Positions 23,939 to 36,939 of a stretch of DNA of 64,000 nt are shown one piece after another. Source of the stretch: Convolutriloba macropyga (Eukaryota); contig NC_134474.1 in assembly GCF_964194025.1 (NCBI RefSeq), positions 13,826,001 to 13,890,000 of the forward strand, in the 5' to 3' direction. Made by a program: the position numbers and the translations under genes. The notes under the pieces were generated by a model. It did not search any database. It saw nothing but the letters and a program-made list of their open reading frames with translations, and was not told the DNA's origin. The first letter of the stretch is position 1, and the number at the start of each line of letters is the position of its first letter.

Positions 23939-26900
23939 GGACTCTTCTGCACATACAGCAATATATAGTTGATCAACTCACTCATTTGTGCAGGATTTCG
24001 TTATGTTATCGGGAGATACAGAGTTTCAGCCTTTTTGGTCGCCTTTTACTTGCACTGACTGTTGCCTGATGAATAAAATATGTGTCTGTTCCAAAACGTG
24101 TATGCACAGTAGAGCTAAAAGATATGAAATTATAAACACCGTAAATAAAAACCCGTTGCTAGAGCTTGAAGAGTTAGAAATTAAAATTTACGAGAAAAAC
24201 CACGTCCTTTTTGAGAATATCAAAAGTTTTACTCGAGCTGCAATGATTTGCGTAGCTAAACAATGCAACCATTTCAGCATTTTTCAGTCAGGGGATATTT
24301 TACATCTAGATGTTTATTTCCGCTCAAATAAATTGCCGATCTCAAAATCATCAGTAGGAATTGAGGAATAGTTATGCGATGCTGGCTTCTTTCCCCACAA
24401 TAATTTAATTTTTTTTACACAATCCAGAAAAAATGAGCCTATCAGATTAACCTCCGAAAACGCAGATTTCCATTTTTCTTGACTTTATTTTTGGCAAACT
24501 GAAAGACTCAGTTAAGATATTTCAGGTGGCTTTTATTGTTGGATTTTTATTAGCTGTGTTAGATTATTGACCCGCCCCCAATTTAGCCCCCTTCTCAGTT
24601 CAGCACTCATATAACCTGGGGAATAGCTGGTTTAACTTTAAAAAAGAAAGCAAAAATATACCTTTCTTAAACATTGTGTCAAAGCTGGCTGCTTACAGTT
24701 TCTCCCGGTCATAGGTCTTTGAAAAGCATTTTCTATTTCCCAGAATTAAAATGAAGATAAAAGAAGGATGAAGAAAAAGAAAAACCAAACTGGACGTCAA
24801 AAATGAAATAGGTAGAATACAACGCATGAACGTGTGTTACTCTAGCTGCCTCCATCACATCTATAAAGTTGCATAAAGAACAAATTTTCAATTAGAAGTT
24901 AATGAGATTTTAAAAACGAACGTATTCGAACTTTACGTTCATCGTCAGGTTTACATAAAGGAATTCACGTTGGAAAAGAATGAATAACAAAGTATACACA
25001 TTTGTCCTTCACTAGATCCAAAAAATTTTATATTTAAGTAAGTTAAAATAACAACGATAATATTTCAGAATAATTTAGAACTGCAACTACAGCCGGTCAG
25101 CGAATACGAAAAAAATAGAAGGAAAATTCAAAACTCACAAAAGGGAAGGAGGACAGCAGAAATAGCATAATCAAATACAAATTCCAAAAAGTGAAGGAAA
25201 ATAGTTTCAGCATATGACAAGAGAAGCAAGGATTGTTTGCCAGCAACTACTTTTTGAAGTTCTATCTTTCTAACAAAAAATAAAGTAACAAAAGTAATAG
25301 GGTCTCAATCCGAAGTAACCTATTTCTATATAATCCTTTTTACCTATATATTTATATACATAATATCATATTTATAAACAAAAAGACTTTGTCCACGCGT
25401 CTTTGTTATCATTAAAAAGTTTTATTGTGCTAAACAACATCACAATTTATTGCAAAAACCACTGCCTTTTCTTAGAAAATGGTTAATAGCTGTAGATGCG
25501 TGTTCATCGTTCTTTGCTTTGAATCACATACGCACACATAAAGAAAACAACAACACAATAAATCTTTTTTTATCGTAGATAGATATTGAAGTTTCGGAAT
25601 TTTCAATCTCTACAAAATTTAAAGCAAAAAAGAACACGGCAATTACAGTCAAACACTTTCTACTTCAGAGGGCACGTTAAAGAGTAGACGAAGCGTCGGA
25701 TTTAGGTTGTTCGTTGCAGAGGAGATTTAAATGTCAAGTAGTAACCCCACGTATCAAAAGTCGGTAACAAATATTTTTTCGACATTAAATTTCCTTAAAA
25801 AAATTGACTTTCTCTGACTATCTGCAATGTCCAACAGACCCAACCAAGTTTAGGATAAAAGTAACTCAGAGCATACCTTCACTTATATCATAGCACCATA
25901 AAAACAAAATCGGGTCTGAGATGTTTTTTGCTCTTCTAACATATCACCATAACGAAGAAATTTTCTTTCGAAAAAAGAAAAAATAATCCTTTATCAGCAA
26001 ATAGGCTGACAATTAAAAGAACTCACACCCATTACGCTGTTACAAATTGGAGAATACTAAACAAAAAACACGCAATGGAAGTAGAAAGAGCAGCTTTTTT
26101 GCCAACCTCAAGTAACACTGAATACTCTTACGCGCAAAAAAACAGGTTCTCTTTGATAGTGCTGTTTAAATTTGATCAGAAACTGAAACTGTTCAAAACT
26201 GCAAACTAATTATGCACTAAGCAAGAATAAAATGAACGATTCCAAACCACAATTAGACAGAAACAAATGGCACCAAAAACGAATAAAAGGAAACAGACGT
26301 TGGTCCAACAAATCATGAGACGTGAGGTTGAGTGGGGCTCAGCAGTAAACTTTCTTGAGGAACAGTATCAGACGGATGACGTTGACGTTCTTCAACTCAC
26401 GCATGACACTCTTCTGGAACATAAGTTATGCTTGGACAAGCTTTTGGATAATATCTCCAAATTTACCCTTACAACTAACGAGAACATCACACTCGCCGAA
26501 CGCTCAGGTGAACGCACAACGACATTGCTGAAACGGAAGAAAATTATAAACGGTTTGTCCAAATCAATGATGAACACAGTTGCTGCTTCAGGAGACAATC
26601 CTATTACAAAAACAACTTTGTATGCGCCTTTATGTCAAACAGATACACAAGGCACAATAAAATTGCAGTCCAAAATCACACGGAGATACAATTTACGCAA
26701 CAGACATAATTCCTCTTACAACTCGAGAGAATCATTATCAGATAGAAGTCTGCGCATTGCAATCTCTATATCACATCAACAAGATTCAAGCCCGACATTG
26801 ACCAATAGAAACAATACCAGTTTACGCGTCTCAAATAAAATCGGACTCAGCATTGATAGATTTTAATCATTGAATATTCGAAATGAGACCAACAATTCTT

Positions 26901-29900
26901 CACCTGACAGTCAGCGAAAAACGGCAGAGATGAATTTGCGTCAAAAAAATCTTGCAAGCGTTACGTTGAACAAAATGTAGAAAACACAGCAAACAACATC
27001 ACAGGAATTAGTACTCAACGAATAGATTGCGTCCGGAAAAATTTACAACAGGGGTCTTCTCGATAATTTGTTGAACAGACCTCCTTGAATTAGGACTCTT
27101 CTGCACATACAGCAATATATAATTGATCAACTCACTCATTTGTGCAGGATTTCGTTATGTTATCCGGAGATACAGAGTTTCAGCCTTTTTGGTCGCCTTT
27201 TACTTGCACTGACTGTTGCCTGATGAATAAAATATGTGTCTGTTCCAAAACGTGTATGCACAGTAGAGCTAAAAGATATGAAATTATAAACACCGTAAAT
27301 AAAAACCCGTTGCTAGAGCTTGAAGAGTTAGAAATTAAAATTTACGAAAAAAACCACGTCCACTTTGAGAATATCAAAAGTTTTACTCGAGCTGCAATGA
27401 TTTGCGTAGCTAAACAATGCAACCATTTCAGCATTTTTCAGTCAGGGGATATTTTACATCTAGATGTTTATTTCCGCTCAAATAAATTGCCTATCTCAAA
27501 ATCATCAGTAGGAATTGAGGAATAGTTATGCGATGCTTGCTTCTTTCTCCACAATAATTTAAATTTTTTAACACAATCCGGAAGAAAAGTTTGACTTTAT
27601 ATCGGCTAATTGAAAGACTCAGTTAGGATATTTGAGGTGGATTTTTTTGTTGGAATTTTTTTAGCTGTGTTAGATTATTGACCCGCCCCCATTTTAGCCC
27701 CCTTCTCAGTTCAGCAATCATATAACCTGGGGAATAGCTGGTTTAACTTTAAAAAAGAAATCAAAAATATACTTTTCTAAAACACTGTGTCAAAGCTGGC
27801 TGCTTACAGTTTCTCCCGGTCATAGGTCTTTGAAAAGCATTTTCTATTTCCCAGAATTAAAATGAAGATAAATATGAGCGTGGATGAAGAAAAAGAAAAA
27901 CCAAACTGGACGTCAAAAATGAAATAGGTAGAATACAACACATGAGCGTGTGTTACTCTAGCTATCTCCATCACATCTATAAAGTTGCATAAAGAACAAA
28001 TTTTCAATTAGAAGTTAATGAGATTTTAAAAACGAACGTATTCGAACTTTACGTTCATCGTCAGGTTTACATAAAGGAATTCACGTTGGAAAAGAATGAA
28101 TAACAAAGTATACACATTTGTCTTTCACTAGATCCAAAAAATTTCATCAAGTAAGTTAAAATAACAACGATAATATTTCAGAACAATTTAGAACTGCAAC
28201 TACAGCCCGTCAGCGAATACGAAAAAATAGAGGGAAAATTCAAAACTCACAAAAGGGAAGGAGGACAGCAGAAATAGCATAATCAAATACAGCTTCCAAA
28301 AAGTGAAGGAAAATAGTTTCAGCATATGACAAGAGAAGCAAGGATTGTTTGCCAGCAACTATGTTTTGAAGTTCTATCTTTTAACAAAAAACAAAGTAAC
28401 AAAAGTAATAGGGTCTCAATCCGAAGTAACCTATATCTATATAATCCTTTTTACCTATATATTTATATACATAATATCATATTTATAAACAAAAAGACAT
28501 TGTCCACGCGTCTTTGTTATCATTAAAAATTTTTATTGTGCAAAAAGGTCTAAACAACATCACAATTTATTGCAAAAACCACTGCCTTTTCTTAGAAAAT
28601 GGTTAGTAGCTGTAGATGCGTGTTCATCGTTCTTTGCTTTGAAGTAGAGAGTGTTCAAGCACATACGCACACATAAAGAAAATAACAACACAATAAATTT
28701 TTTTTTATCGTAGATAGATATTGAAGGTTCGGAATTTTCAATCTCTACAAAATTTAAAGCAAAAAAGAACACGGCAATTACAGTCAAACACTTTCTACTT
28801 CAGAGGGCACGTTAAAGAATAGACAAAGCTTCGGATTTGGGTTGTTCGCTGCAGAGGAGATTTAAATGTCAAGTAGTAACCCCACGTATCAAAAGTCGGT
28901 AACAAATATTTTTTTTGACAATAAATTTCCTTAAAAAAATTGACCTTCTCTGACTATCTGCAATGTCCAACAGACCCAACCAAGTTTAGGATAAAAGAAA
29001 CTCAGAGCATACCTTTACTTATATCATAGCACCATAAAAACAAAATCGGGTCTGAGATGTTTTTTACTCTTCTAACATATCACCATAACAAAGAAATTTT
29101 CTTTCGAAAAAAGAAAAAATAGTCCTTTTATCAGCAAATAGGCTGACAATTAAAAGAACTCACACCCATAACGCTGTTACAGATTGGAGAACACTAAACA
29201 AAAAACACGCAATGGAAGTAGAAAGAGCAGCTTTTTTGCCAACCTCAAGTAACACTGAATATTCTTACGCGCAAAAATACAGGTTCTCTTTGATAGTGCT
29301 GTTTAAATTTGATCAGAAACTGAAACTGTTCAAAACTGCAAACTAATTATGCACTAAGCAAAAATAAAATGAACGATTCCAAACCACAATTAGACAGAAA
29401 CAAATGGCACCAAAAACGAATAAAAGGAAACAGACGTTGATCCAACAAATCATGAGACGTGAGGTTGAGTGGGGCTCAGCAGTAAACTTTCTTGAGGAAC
29501 AGTATCAGACGGATGACGTCGACGTTCTTCAACTCACGTATGACACCCTTCAGGAACATAAGTTATGCTTGGACAATCTTTTGGATAATATCTTCAAATT
29601 TACCCTTACAACTAACGAGAACATCACACTCGCCGAACGCTCAGGTGAACGCACAACGACATTGCTGAAATGGAAGAAAATTATAAACGGTTTGTCCAAA
29701 TCAATGATGAACACAGTTGGTGCTTCAGGAGACAATCCTATTACAAAAACAACTTTGTATGCGCCTTTATGTCAAACAGATACACAAGGCACAATAAAAT
29801 TGCAGTCCAAAATCACACGGAGATACAATTTACGCAACAGACATAATTCCTCTTACAACTCGAGAGAATCATTATCAGATAGAAGTCTGCGCATTGCAAT

Positions 29901-30221
29901 CTCTATATCACATCAACAAGATTCAAGCCCGACATTGACCAATAGAAACAATACCAGTTTACCCGTCTCAAATAAAATCGGACTCAGCATTGATAGATTT
30001 TAATCATTGAATATTCGAAATGAGACCAACAATTCTTCACCTGACAGTCAGCGAAAAACGGCAGAGATGAATTTGCGTCAAAAAAATCTTGCAAGCGTTA
30101 CGTTGAACAAAATGTAGAAAACACAGCAAACAACATCACAGGAATTAGTACTCAACGAATAGATTGCGACCGGAAAAATTTACAACAGGGGTCTTCTTAA
30201 ACATTTGTTGAACAGACCTCC
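23939..30221 (+). repeat. 3.15 kb tandem duplication (copy 1 23939-27084, copy 2 27093-30221)
   Basis: Both copies start GGACTCTTCTGCACATACAGC and end GTTGAACAGACCTCC; both carry the 127 aa and 199 aa ORFs; scattered substitutions and several small indels. Confidence 0.95.
26267..27084 (+). mobile_element. duplicated 5' end of the BEL/Pao gag
   Basis: 199 aa ORF nearly identical to 29404-30003, cut off at the duplication junction; its assignment as gag N-terminus is inferred from position upstream of the DUF1759-like region. Confidence 0.75.
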
Positions 30222-33200
30222 AATAATGAACCTAAAGATTCAAACGAAGGAAACGAACGAACTGAACTTTCCGAGCGCACCCAGAGCAATCAACTGACAA
30301 GAGCATGGGACCAAATTGGCATAATCAATTTACCGAACCATTTCAGTTTATGAAATCCAACAAAAACAATCAGGACCCCCAAACAACATCAACAGTAAGT
30401 AACTCAGCAAAATTTGAAAGCCATCACCTTCCAGATAAACAACTCAGAAAATCAAAAACGCTCATGACACAAAAAGGTATTACCAATTGTCCCTCAGTGG
30501 ACAGCTGTGACGACAATGACAGTGACAGCGATGATGGGACAAACCAACAAAACAATTCATGTGCAAAGATTTCGTCAAATAACCAAGCATCCAAACTACA
30601 AATTATTGGGGAAGCCCAACTCACCAACCAAAAACACAACAGGATAATTGCCTAACAAATTCACGAACTCTCGCATCGAATAAACAAAAACAAACAAGAG
30701 ATAGGAACATTTTCTCACCCGAGAATCGAAATCAACTTCATTACAATGAGAATACCATATTCACACAGACAACCTGCAGCCGTCCAACGGTATCAGTAGA
30801 CACATCTGACACGGAATTACAAACACGGTCTTGCCGCAACCAGTCTCATTCAATAAAAGAAATCAGAGAGAACATTATGGAGAGATACGAAGACAGCTCC
30901 AATGTCAGACAACCATAACTTCACTTCGAATCTGCAACATAACCACCTGAAAATCACACTTACAATTCAATCAACGAACAACTTAGCAATCTGCATATTA
31001 CACCAAGTCAAAGAAACCCGCACTTAAACATCAATTTGCCAAAGACACAACTGAAGACATACAATGGAGACCCCCTCAAATGGCACGAGTGATAATGTTA
31101 TTTAAAATCAACAATTCATTATAATGTGTGTGTCCCTCTTGTACTCACAGAAAATCACCTATCTGCAAAACGCTCTCACTGATCCCGCAAAAGAAAGCCT
31201 TTTGGATACTCAAATAATGGAGAATTTCACCAGGATACAATAACCGAACTCAAGAGAAGATTTGGAAGACCAAAAACTGTTATTGCAGCATATCTTGACA
31301 AGCTGGAACTCTGGCCTAAGCCCTCGACAGACAACCCAGACAGCTTCATTTCATTTGTAGCTTTTCTCAGACAATTAGTACAAACTTTTCTTCTTCACAA
31401 GTTTACGCCGGACCTGCAATCATCCGCTGTTCTCAGAGTAGCCAAAGAAAAACTATCTCCTGCAATAATAATAAAATGGAACGAAAATAACTCCGCAAAG
31501 AACAGGTTAACCCAAATTTGATTCATTTCGAAGATTGGATAAACAAGTATGCCGAAGCGTGCGAAGATATGCTACGCACTAATAATTCATTCTATGAGAG
31601 AACACACCAACGTGGAAAATCTGAACAAAGGATCCACGTAGAAAGATTTGTCCACTTTGTTCACAAAGCCACAATTTAGGAAAATGTCAAAAGTTTTTGA
31701 GTGAAAACGTTAACGACAGACAGCAGACAGTGCGACAACTGCACTTATGCCCTAATTGTCTTTCTGAACATCCAAAAAGACAATGCAACAGTAAATACAG
31801 ATGCCAGATAGACAATTATAACGGTTTTCTTCACTCAACAATACACCGTAACAATTTCAATACAATACAGCCTAGTAATCAAGGACAAAAACAAACAACA
31901 TCTGAATATCGACGCAATGGAGATAACTTGAACAGAAACCAGTTCACTTTAACAAACAACAGTTCTTCGTGGAACAAAAACTTGAGCAGCACTAACCCCA
32001 ACTGCAATCACCAAACTAGAAAAATGGTAACAGTAGTTACAACCGGCAACGCAGCAGAAGCCGATACAACAGCAACAACAACAACAACAACAGCATCAAC
32101 AGCAACAGCAACAATAACAAAAAAGATGATAACTACAAGAATAGTAACAGCTACAACAGACATAACCGGAACTTCTATTACGGGCAATCACATCAAGTGA
32201 TCAATACATCCAATTTTCAGCAACAGCAGCCAACTCGGGATCTTTAACCAACAATATCAGCACTCAACAGACCAAAATTTGCAAAGTTTCTCAGGCAGCA
32301 ATAGCCGACACCAGAACTACACTTGCAGTAATAACCAGCTGAGCAGTTGGTTCAGCTCCAAGCAATACCTGTAACAGTGTTTTCGGAGACAGTCTCAATT
32401 AACACCTACGCCCTCTTTGACAGTGGAAGTGACAATACGCAAATTACCAGGACAATTGCAGATGCTTTAAGAATTAGTGATAGGAAATCTGTTACAATCC
32501 CGTAGCATCACTATACCAAGAACAAACGATAGAAACAACAGAAATTTTTCTTGGAATTGGAGCCATCGACAGCAGTAGATCTTTCATTAATTTACCAGTG
32601 TTTGCGGCTTCTACCACAGACTTTCAAATGCCGACGGTACCAATTAAGATGCTCAACAGCGTTTGTAAATATTTTGGTCATTTAAGCGGTATCAGTTTTC
32701 CTCAAATCAGAGATAACAGAATAGGTATTCTGATAGGAGCCGATGCTTTTACAGCAAAAGTTCCACTCAAGTACGCAATCGGACCACCGGGACCACCGTA
32801 CGGAGTTCTCACACAATTAGGATGGACAATAACAGGACCAGTCTCAAACAAATTTAGACAACTTACAAAGAAGAACAAATGCAATCGTAAGATAAACTTG
32901 TTCAATAGGGTTATGTCGGAAGAGACGATATTGGACGAAGACATGCTCCAATTGTTTTGGACCTGTGAAGGAAAAAACTCAACAAAAGGTTCACCTAATA
33001 CAATAAACCAAGAAGACAAGAAAGCCCTAAAAAATTCGAGGATACAGTAAAACATAACGGAGAGTGGTATGAGATTGGAATACCCTGGAAACAAAACATA
33101 CAATTACTTAACAATTGCTATCTAGCAAAAGCCCAAGTACGGTCATTGGAAAAGCGCCTCAAAGAAGACAGACAGTTAGCCGACACCTACAACAGCTTAA

Positions 33201-36193
33201 TTCAGAACGACATTGTAAAAGGTTACCTTGAGGAGACGAACTGAGAACCTTCCCCAACACGCAACCAATTGTGGCATCTTCCTCATCATCAAGTACAGCA
33301 CAGACAGAAGAAAAAGATTCGTCGTGTAACAAAGGCAGCATCTTTTTACAAAGGACATTCATTGAATAAAGCGCTTCTAACTGGACCAGATCTTCTCTGC
33401 AGTTTTATTGGACTCCTATTACGCTTTCGACAGTTTGCCATAGCAATTACAAAAGATATGGAAGCCATGTTTATGCAGATAGTAGTAAGGATAGAAGATC
33501 AAGACGCAATAAGGTTTCTTTGGAACAAAATCGAAAAACAACACCGAAACAAAATACAAATACAAGCGACTCATATTTGGGGCAACCTGCTCGCCCTCGT
33601 GTGCTATCTATGTACTTCAATAATGTGGCATCGATAATCACCGCGTATCACCCGAAGCCAGTCAATCAATAATGTGTAATTTTTACATGGACGACTTTTT
33701 ACAGAGTTTCCAGACAACAAAAGAAGCAATCGAACAGACAACATGCATCAAAGAAACACTAAAAAAGGAGAATTCAACATAACGAAATTCTTCAGCAACG
33801 ATTCGAGTTTGCCTTTAATTGACATTACTAAAAGAGATACAGAATTAACTCAACGAGTTCTGGGACAGAAATGGGATGTCAAAAACGACACCTTCATATT
33901 TAGGAAACCCTTTTTAAACATCAAAATTGAACGATTACAACACACACAACTCTTGTCAATATCACCTTGGCTTTTCTATTCCTTGGGGATGATACCGCCA
34001 TTTGCGATACGAATTCGAAACCTTTTTTAGGCGGTCATTAAACAAGGCTAGAAACGGGACGAAGAAGTACCTCCCAAGTCTCATAGTGACCTGCAGAAAT
34101 GGTTTTGCAAATTCAACAGCATGCCAGATATTAGAAAAAAGAGATGCCTTGTAACAGGACCAACGACCAGTCAACAATTTCATTTGTTTACGGATGCATC
34201 AAATATATCAAAATCAGCGTTAATTTATATGAGATCTACAACTACTGAAGGAAATGTCATTGTAAACAATGTCATTAGCAAATCCCGAGTAGCCCCCATA
34301 AAGCAAACAATTATTCCTAAACTTGAATTAGAGGCAGCCACATTGGGAGCCGAACTAGCTTGTTTTGTGGTCACAGAATTGACTTTATATTTTTCCTCAG
34401 TTCGCTTCTGGACAGAAAGTACTGCAACATTTGAATGGATGAACTCAGACAAACGACAAAAAGTTTTCGTAGATAACCGTGTCAACAAAATTTTGGAACA
34501 TTCTAAAGCGGAGGAATGGAAACATATACCCGGAAAGTTCAAACCTGCCGACCATTGAACCAGAGGTTTGAAACCATCAGAGCTCAAATAGAACCGGCTA
34601 AAAGGACCAACATTTCTTTTTCAAGACCCTGAACACTGGAACTTTGTTCAAACAAAGTTTTTATCTACGACAAATTTAGTATTACCTAAGTGTAAGAACC
34701 CTATCATAGAACCAAGAAAATTTTCAACTTGGAAACGATTGCTCAGAATGAGAACAACCGTGTACAAAGTAACAAACATTTTACGGAAAAGAGATACACT
34801 AAACAGTCAGAATGAAGCTCAAAATTACCTGATAAAGATTTCACAACAAAACACTTTTGGAAAAACAATTAATAGAATGCAAACTGGACGACAACTGGAA
34901 CCAAGGGATGCAGTTCTTCATTTCAACCCATTTTTGGATGAGAATGGAGTTTTTCGATCCAAAGGAAGGCTGAAACATGCACCAATACTTTGGAATCAAA
35001 ACACCCCATAACACTGGACATCAAAGAGCATGTCACTTGGTTAATTGTTCAAGACGCTTACACTAACAGCTGCCAACACATGGGAAGGGAGTTTTTTAGA
35101 GCGCACCTGCAACAGACATTTTTAATCATTGGTCTTCGAAGGTTCCTAAGAAGACTCAGCCTGACATGTTTAGTATGCCGCCGATGGAGAGCTGAGAATA
35201 TTACACCAATGATGTCCGATCTTCCGCCCTTTCGCTTTGCTGACGCAGAAAAACAATACCCATTCATAAATGTAGGATTAAATTACTTTGGATCTTTCGA
35301 TATTGAGGATAATTCTCGCAAGCTTGAATAACAGTACATATGCATTTTCACGTGTTTAGCAACCCATGCAGTGCAGTTGGAAGTTTGCCATAGTCTAGAC
35401 ACCGACAGCTGTTTACCTTCAAATTGATGTTTTTTATCAAGGAGAGGATACCCAGAGATAATAATCTCCGGCAACGGAACAACTTTTACAGCATCAAAAA
35501 AGGTAATGAATTTGGATAATATCAGCATTGACAACTCCTATATTGCTCAACAATTATCGCAGCAAAACATAGTTTGGAAAATGAATCCATCACTTGCTCC
35601 ACACTTCGGAGGTATATGGGAAAGAATGATTCGAAGAGCGAAGAGAATTCTTCTCATAATCTTAGTAAGTCATCAACTGAAAGCGGAAACTTTCCGAACA
35701 GTGTGACAAAAACGGAAGGCATCCTAAACTCCCGACCCATAACTTACGTTTATTCTGATAGCAACGACGAAGAAGCCCTAACACCCAACCACTTCATTCT
35801 TAGACGACCACATCTAGCCTTAGCCCCCCTCACAGCGAAATTGAAAACTTTCAGGAAGAATGATTTCAACTATACTCAAACGCTTTTGGACCACTTCTGG
35901 AAAAGACTTCAAAGAGCATACACATCAGACCTAATAAGCAGAGCAGAATGGAGAGAAGAGTCGAAACAACACAAAGCGGCGATTTAGTCTGGACTCTGAA
36001 CGAGTTTACGCCAAGAGGTATTTGGCCCCTTGGACGGATAATGAAATGTCATTACGGAGCCCATGGAATACCAATATCATTTGACATTCACACCGCAACA
36101 GGTACACTAACGCGCCCTGTAGTAAAACTGTCAAGAGTCATAGATGAAGAAGAACTGATCAACTCAAGGAACGTAGCAACAGACCCAACATAA
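29404..36193 (+). mobile_element. inactivated BEL/Pao LTR retrotransposon internal region (gag-pol)
   Basis: Gag DUF1759-like LPKTQLKTYNGDPLKW (~31035); Cys/His knuckles (CPLC..SH, LCPNCL..H....C...RC.......H...H); protease YALFDSGS (~32410); RT (WHLPHH, SLNKALLTGPDL, FYMDDF); Pao RNase H (HLFTDAS, KSRVAPIK..IPKLEL.AA); integrase (H..C..C, APHFGGIWERMI, LNSRP, LTPNHF); C-terminal PRGIWPLGRI...TRPVVKL. Many stops and frameshifts; no matching LTR pair seen. Confidence 0.93.
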
Positions 36194-36939
36194 TTCCAAA
36201 CTTTATTAGCATTATCACCAAAGGTTTCACTTATTCATCTCCTGACAACCTGTCATCCAATATTCAATAATAATGTTAAGCTTTTTCTGTAATTTTGTTG
36301 GAGGATTGTGCATTTTGTCAAAACTTTCCAATTAGATTTTAGATGTCAAGCCACCTCGAGCGAGATTGCGAATTGCACCTTAGAACAACATCAGTAGTCA
36401 AATAGATCAAATAGATCCATTCGAAATCAATTAACCAGCAGCTCACAAGATTGCCTAACAAGCAACGCAGCTTACAATGCAAAGAGAAGATAAACAACTA
36501 CGAAAGAGATTACAAGTCACAAACTCAATGTGTTTTATAATAGTTTTTATTTTATTACCAGAGTATTCAGGTTTAGCCCTAATTTTAAAGCGCGCCCTCC
36601 ACTCATCGCGGAGTGTTGACGCTCAAGCTTCAATATTTCAACTTTTCTTAATTTGACTTTTGCATGATTTGATTTCCAACTGTAGTTCATATGCTTCCAT
36701 GCTAATTTACCGCCGAAACCGAAATTTGTGAATTCACTATTGTCAATTTGATCTTATAAATAAGTTGGTCAACATGCTCCATTGTTAAAGACAAATTTCA
36801 AGTATGTAAGTGCTCTATTTTTAGCTTGACCGAATCCCAGCCGTGGCGTAGAGCAAAACAACCACACAAAGTCGTCGATCATTTAATCAAAATAATAGAG
36901 TCGTTCAAAGCTACAGCTCTTTAACGATTTGATGCTCCC

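Noticed and set aside
25620-25680. BEL 5' LTR end and primer-binding site (...AAACA|CTTTCTACTTCAG)
   Set aside because: No TGG-initiated PBS and no matching 3' LTR.
32702-35534. Minus-strand ORFs within the BEL pol
   Set aside because: Antisense shadows of the + strand coding region.
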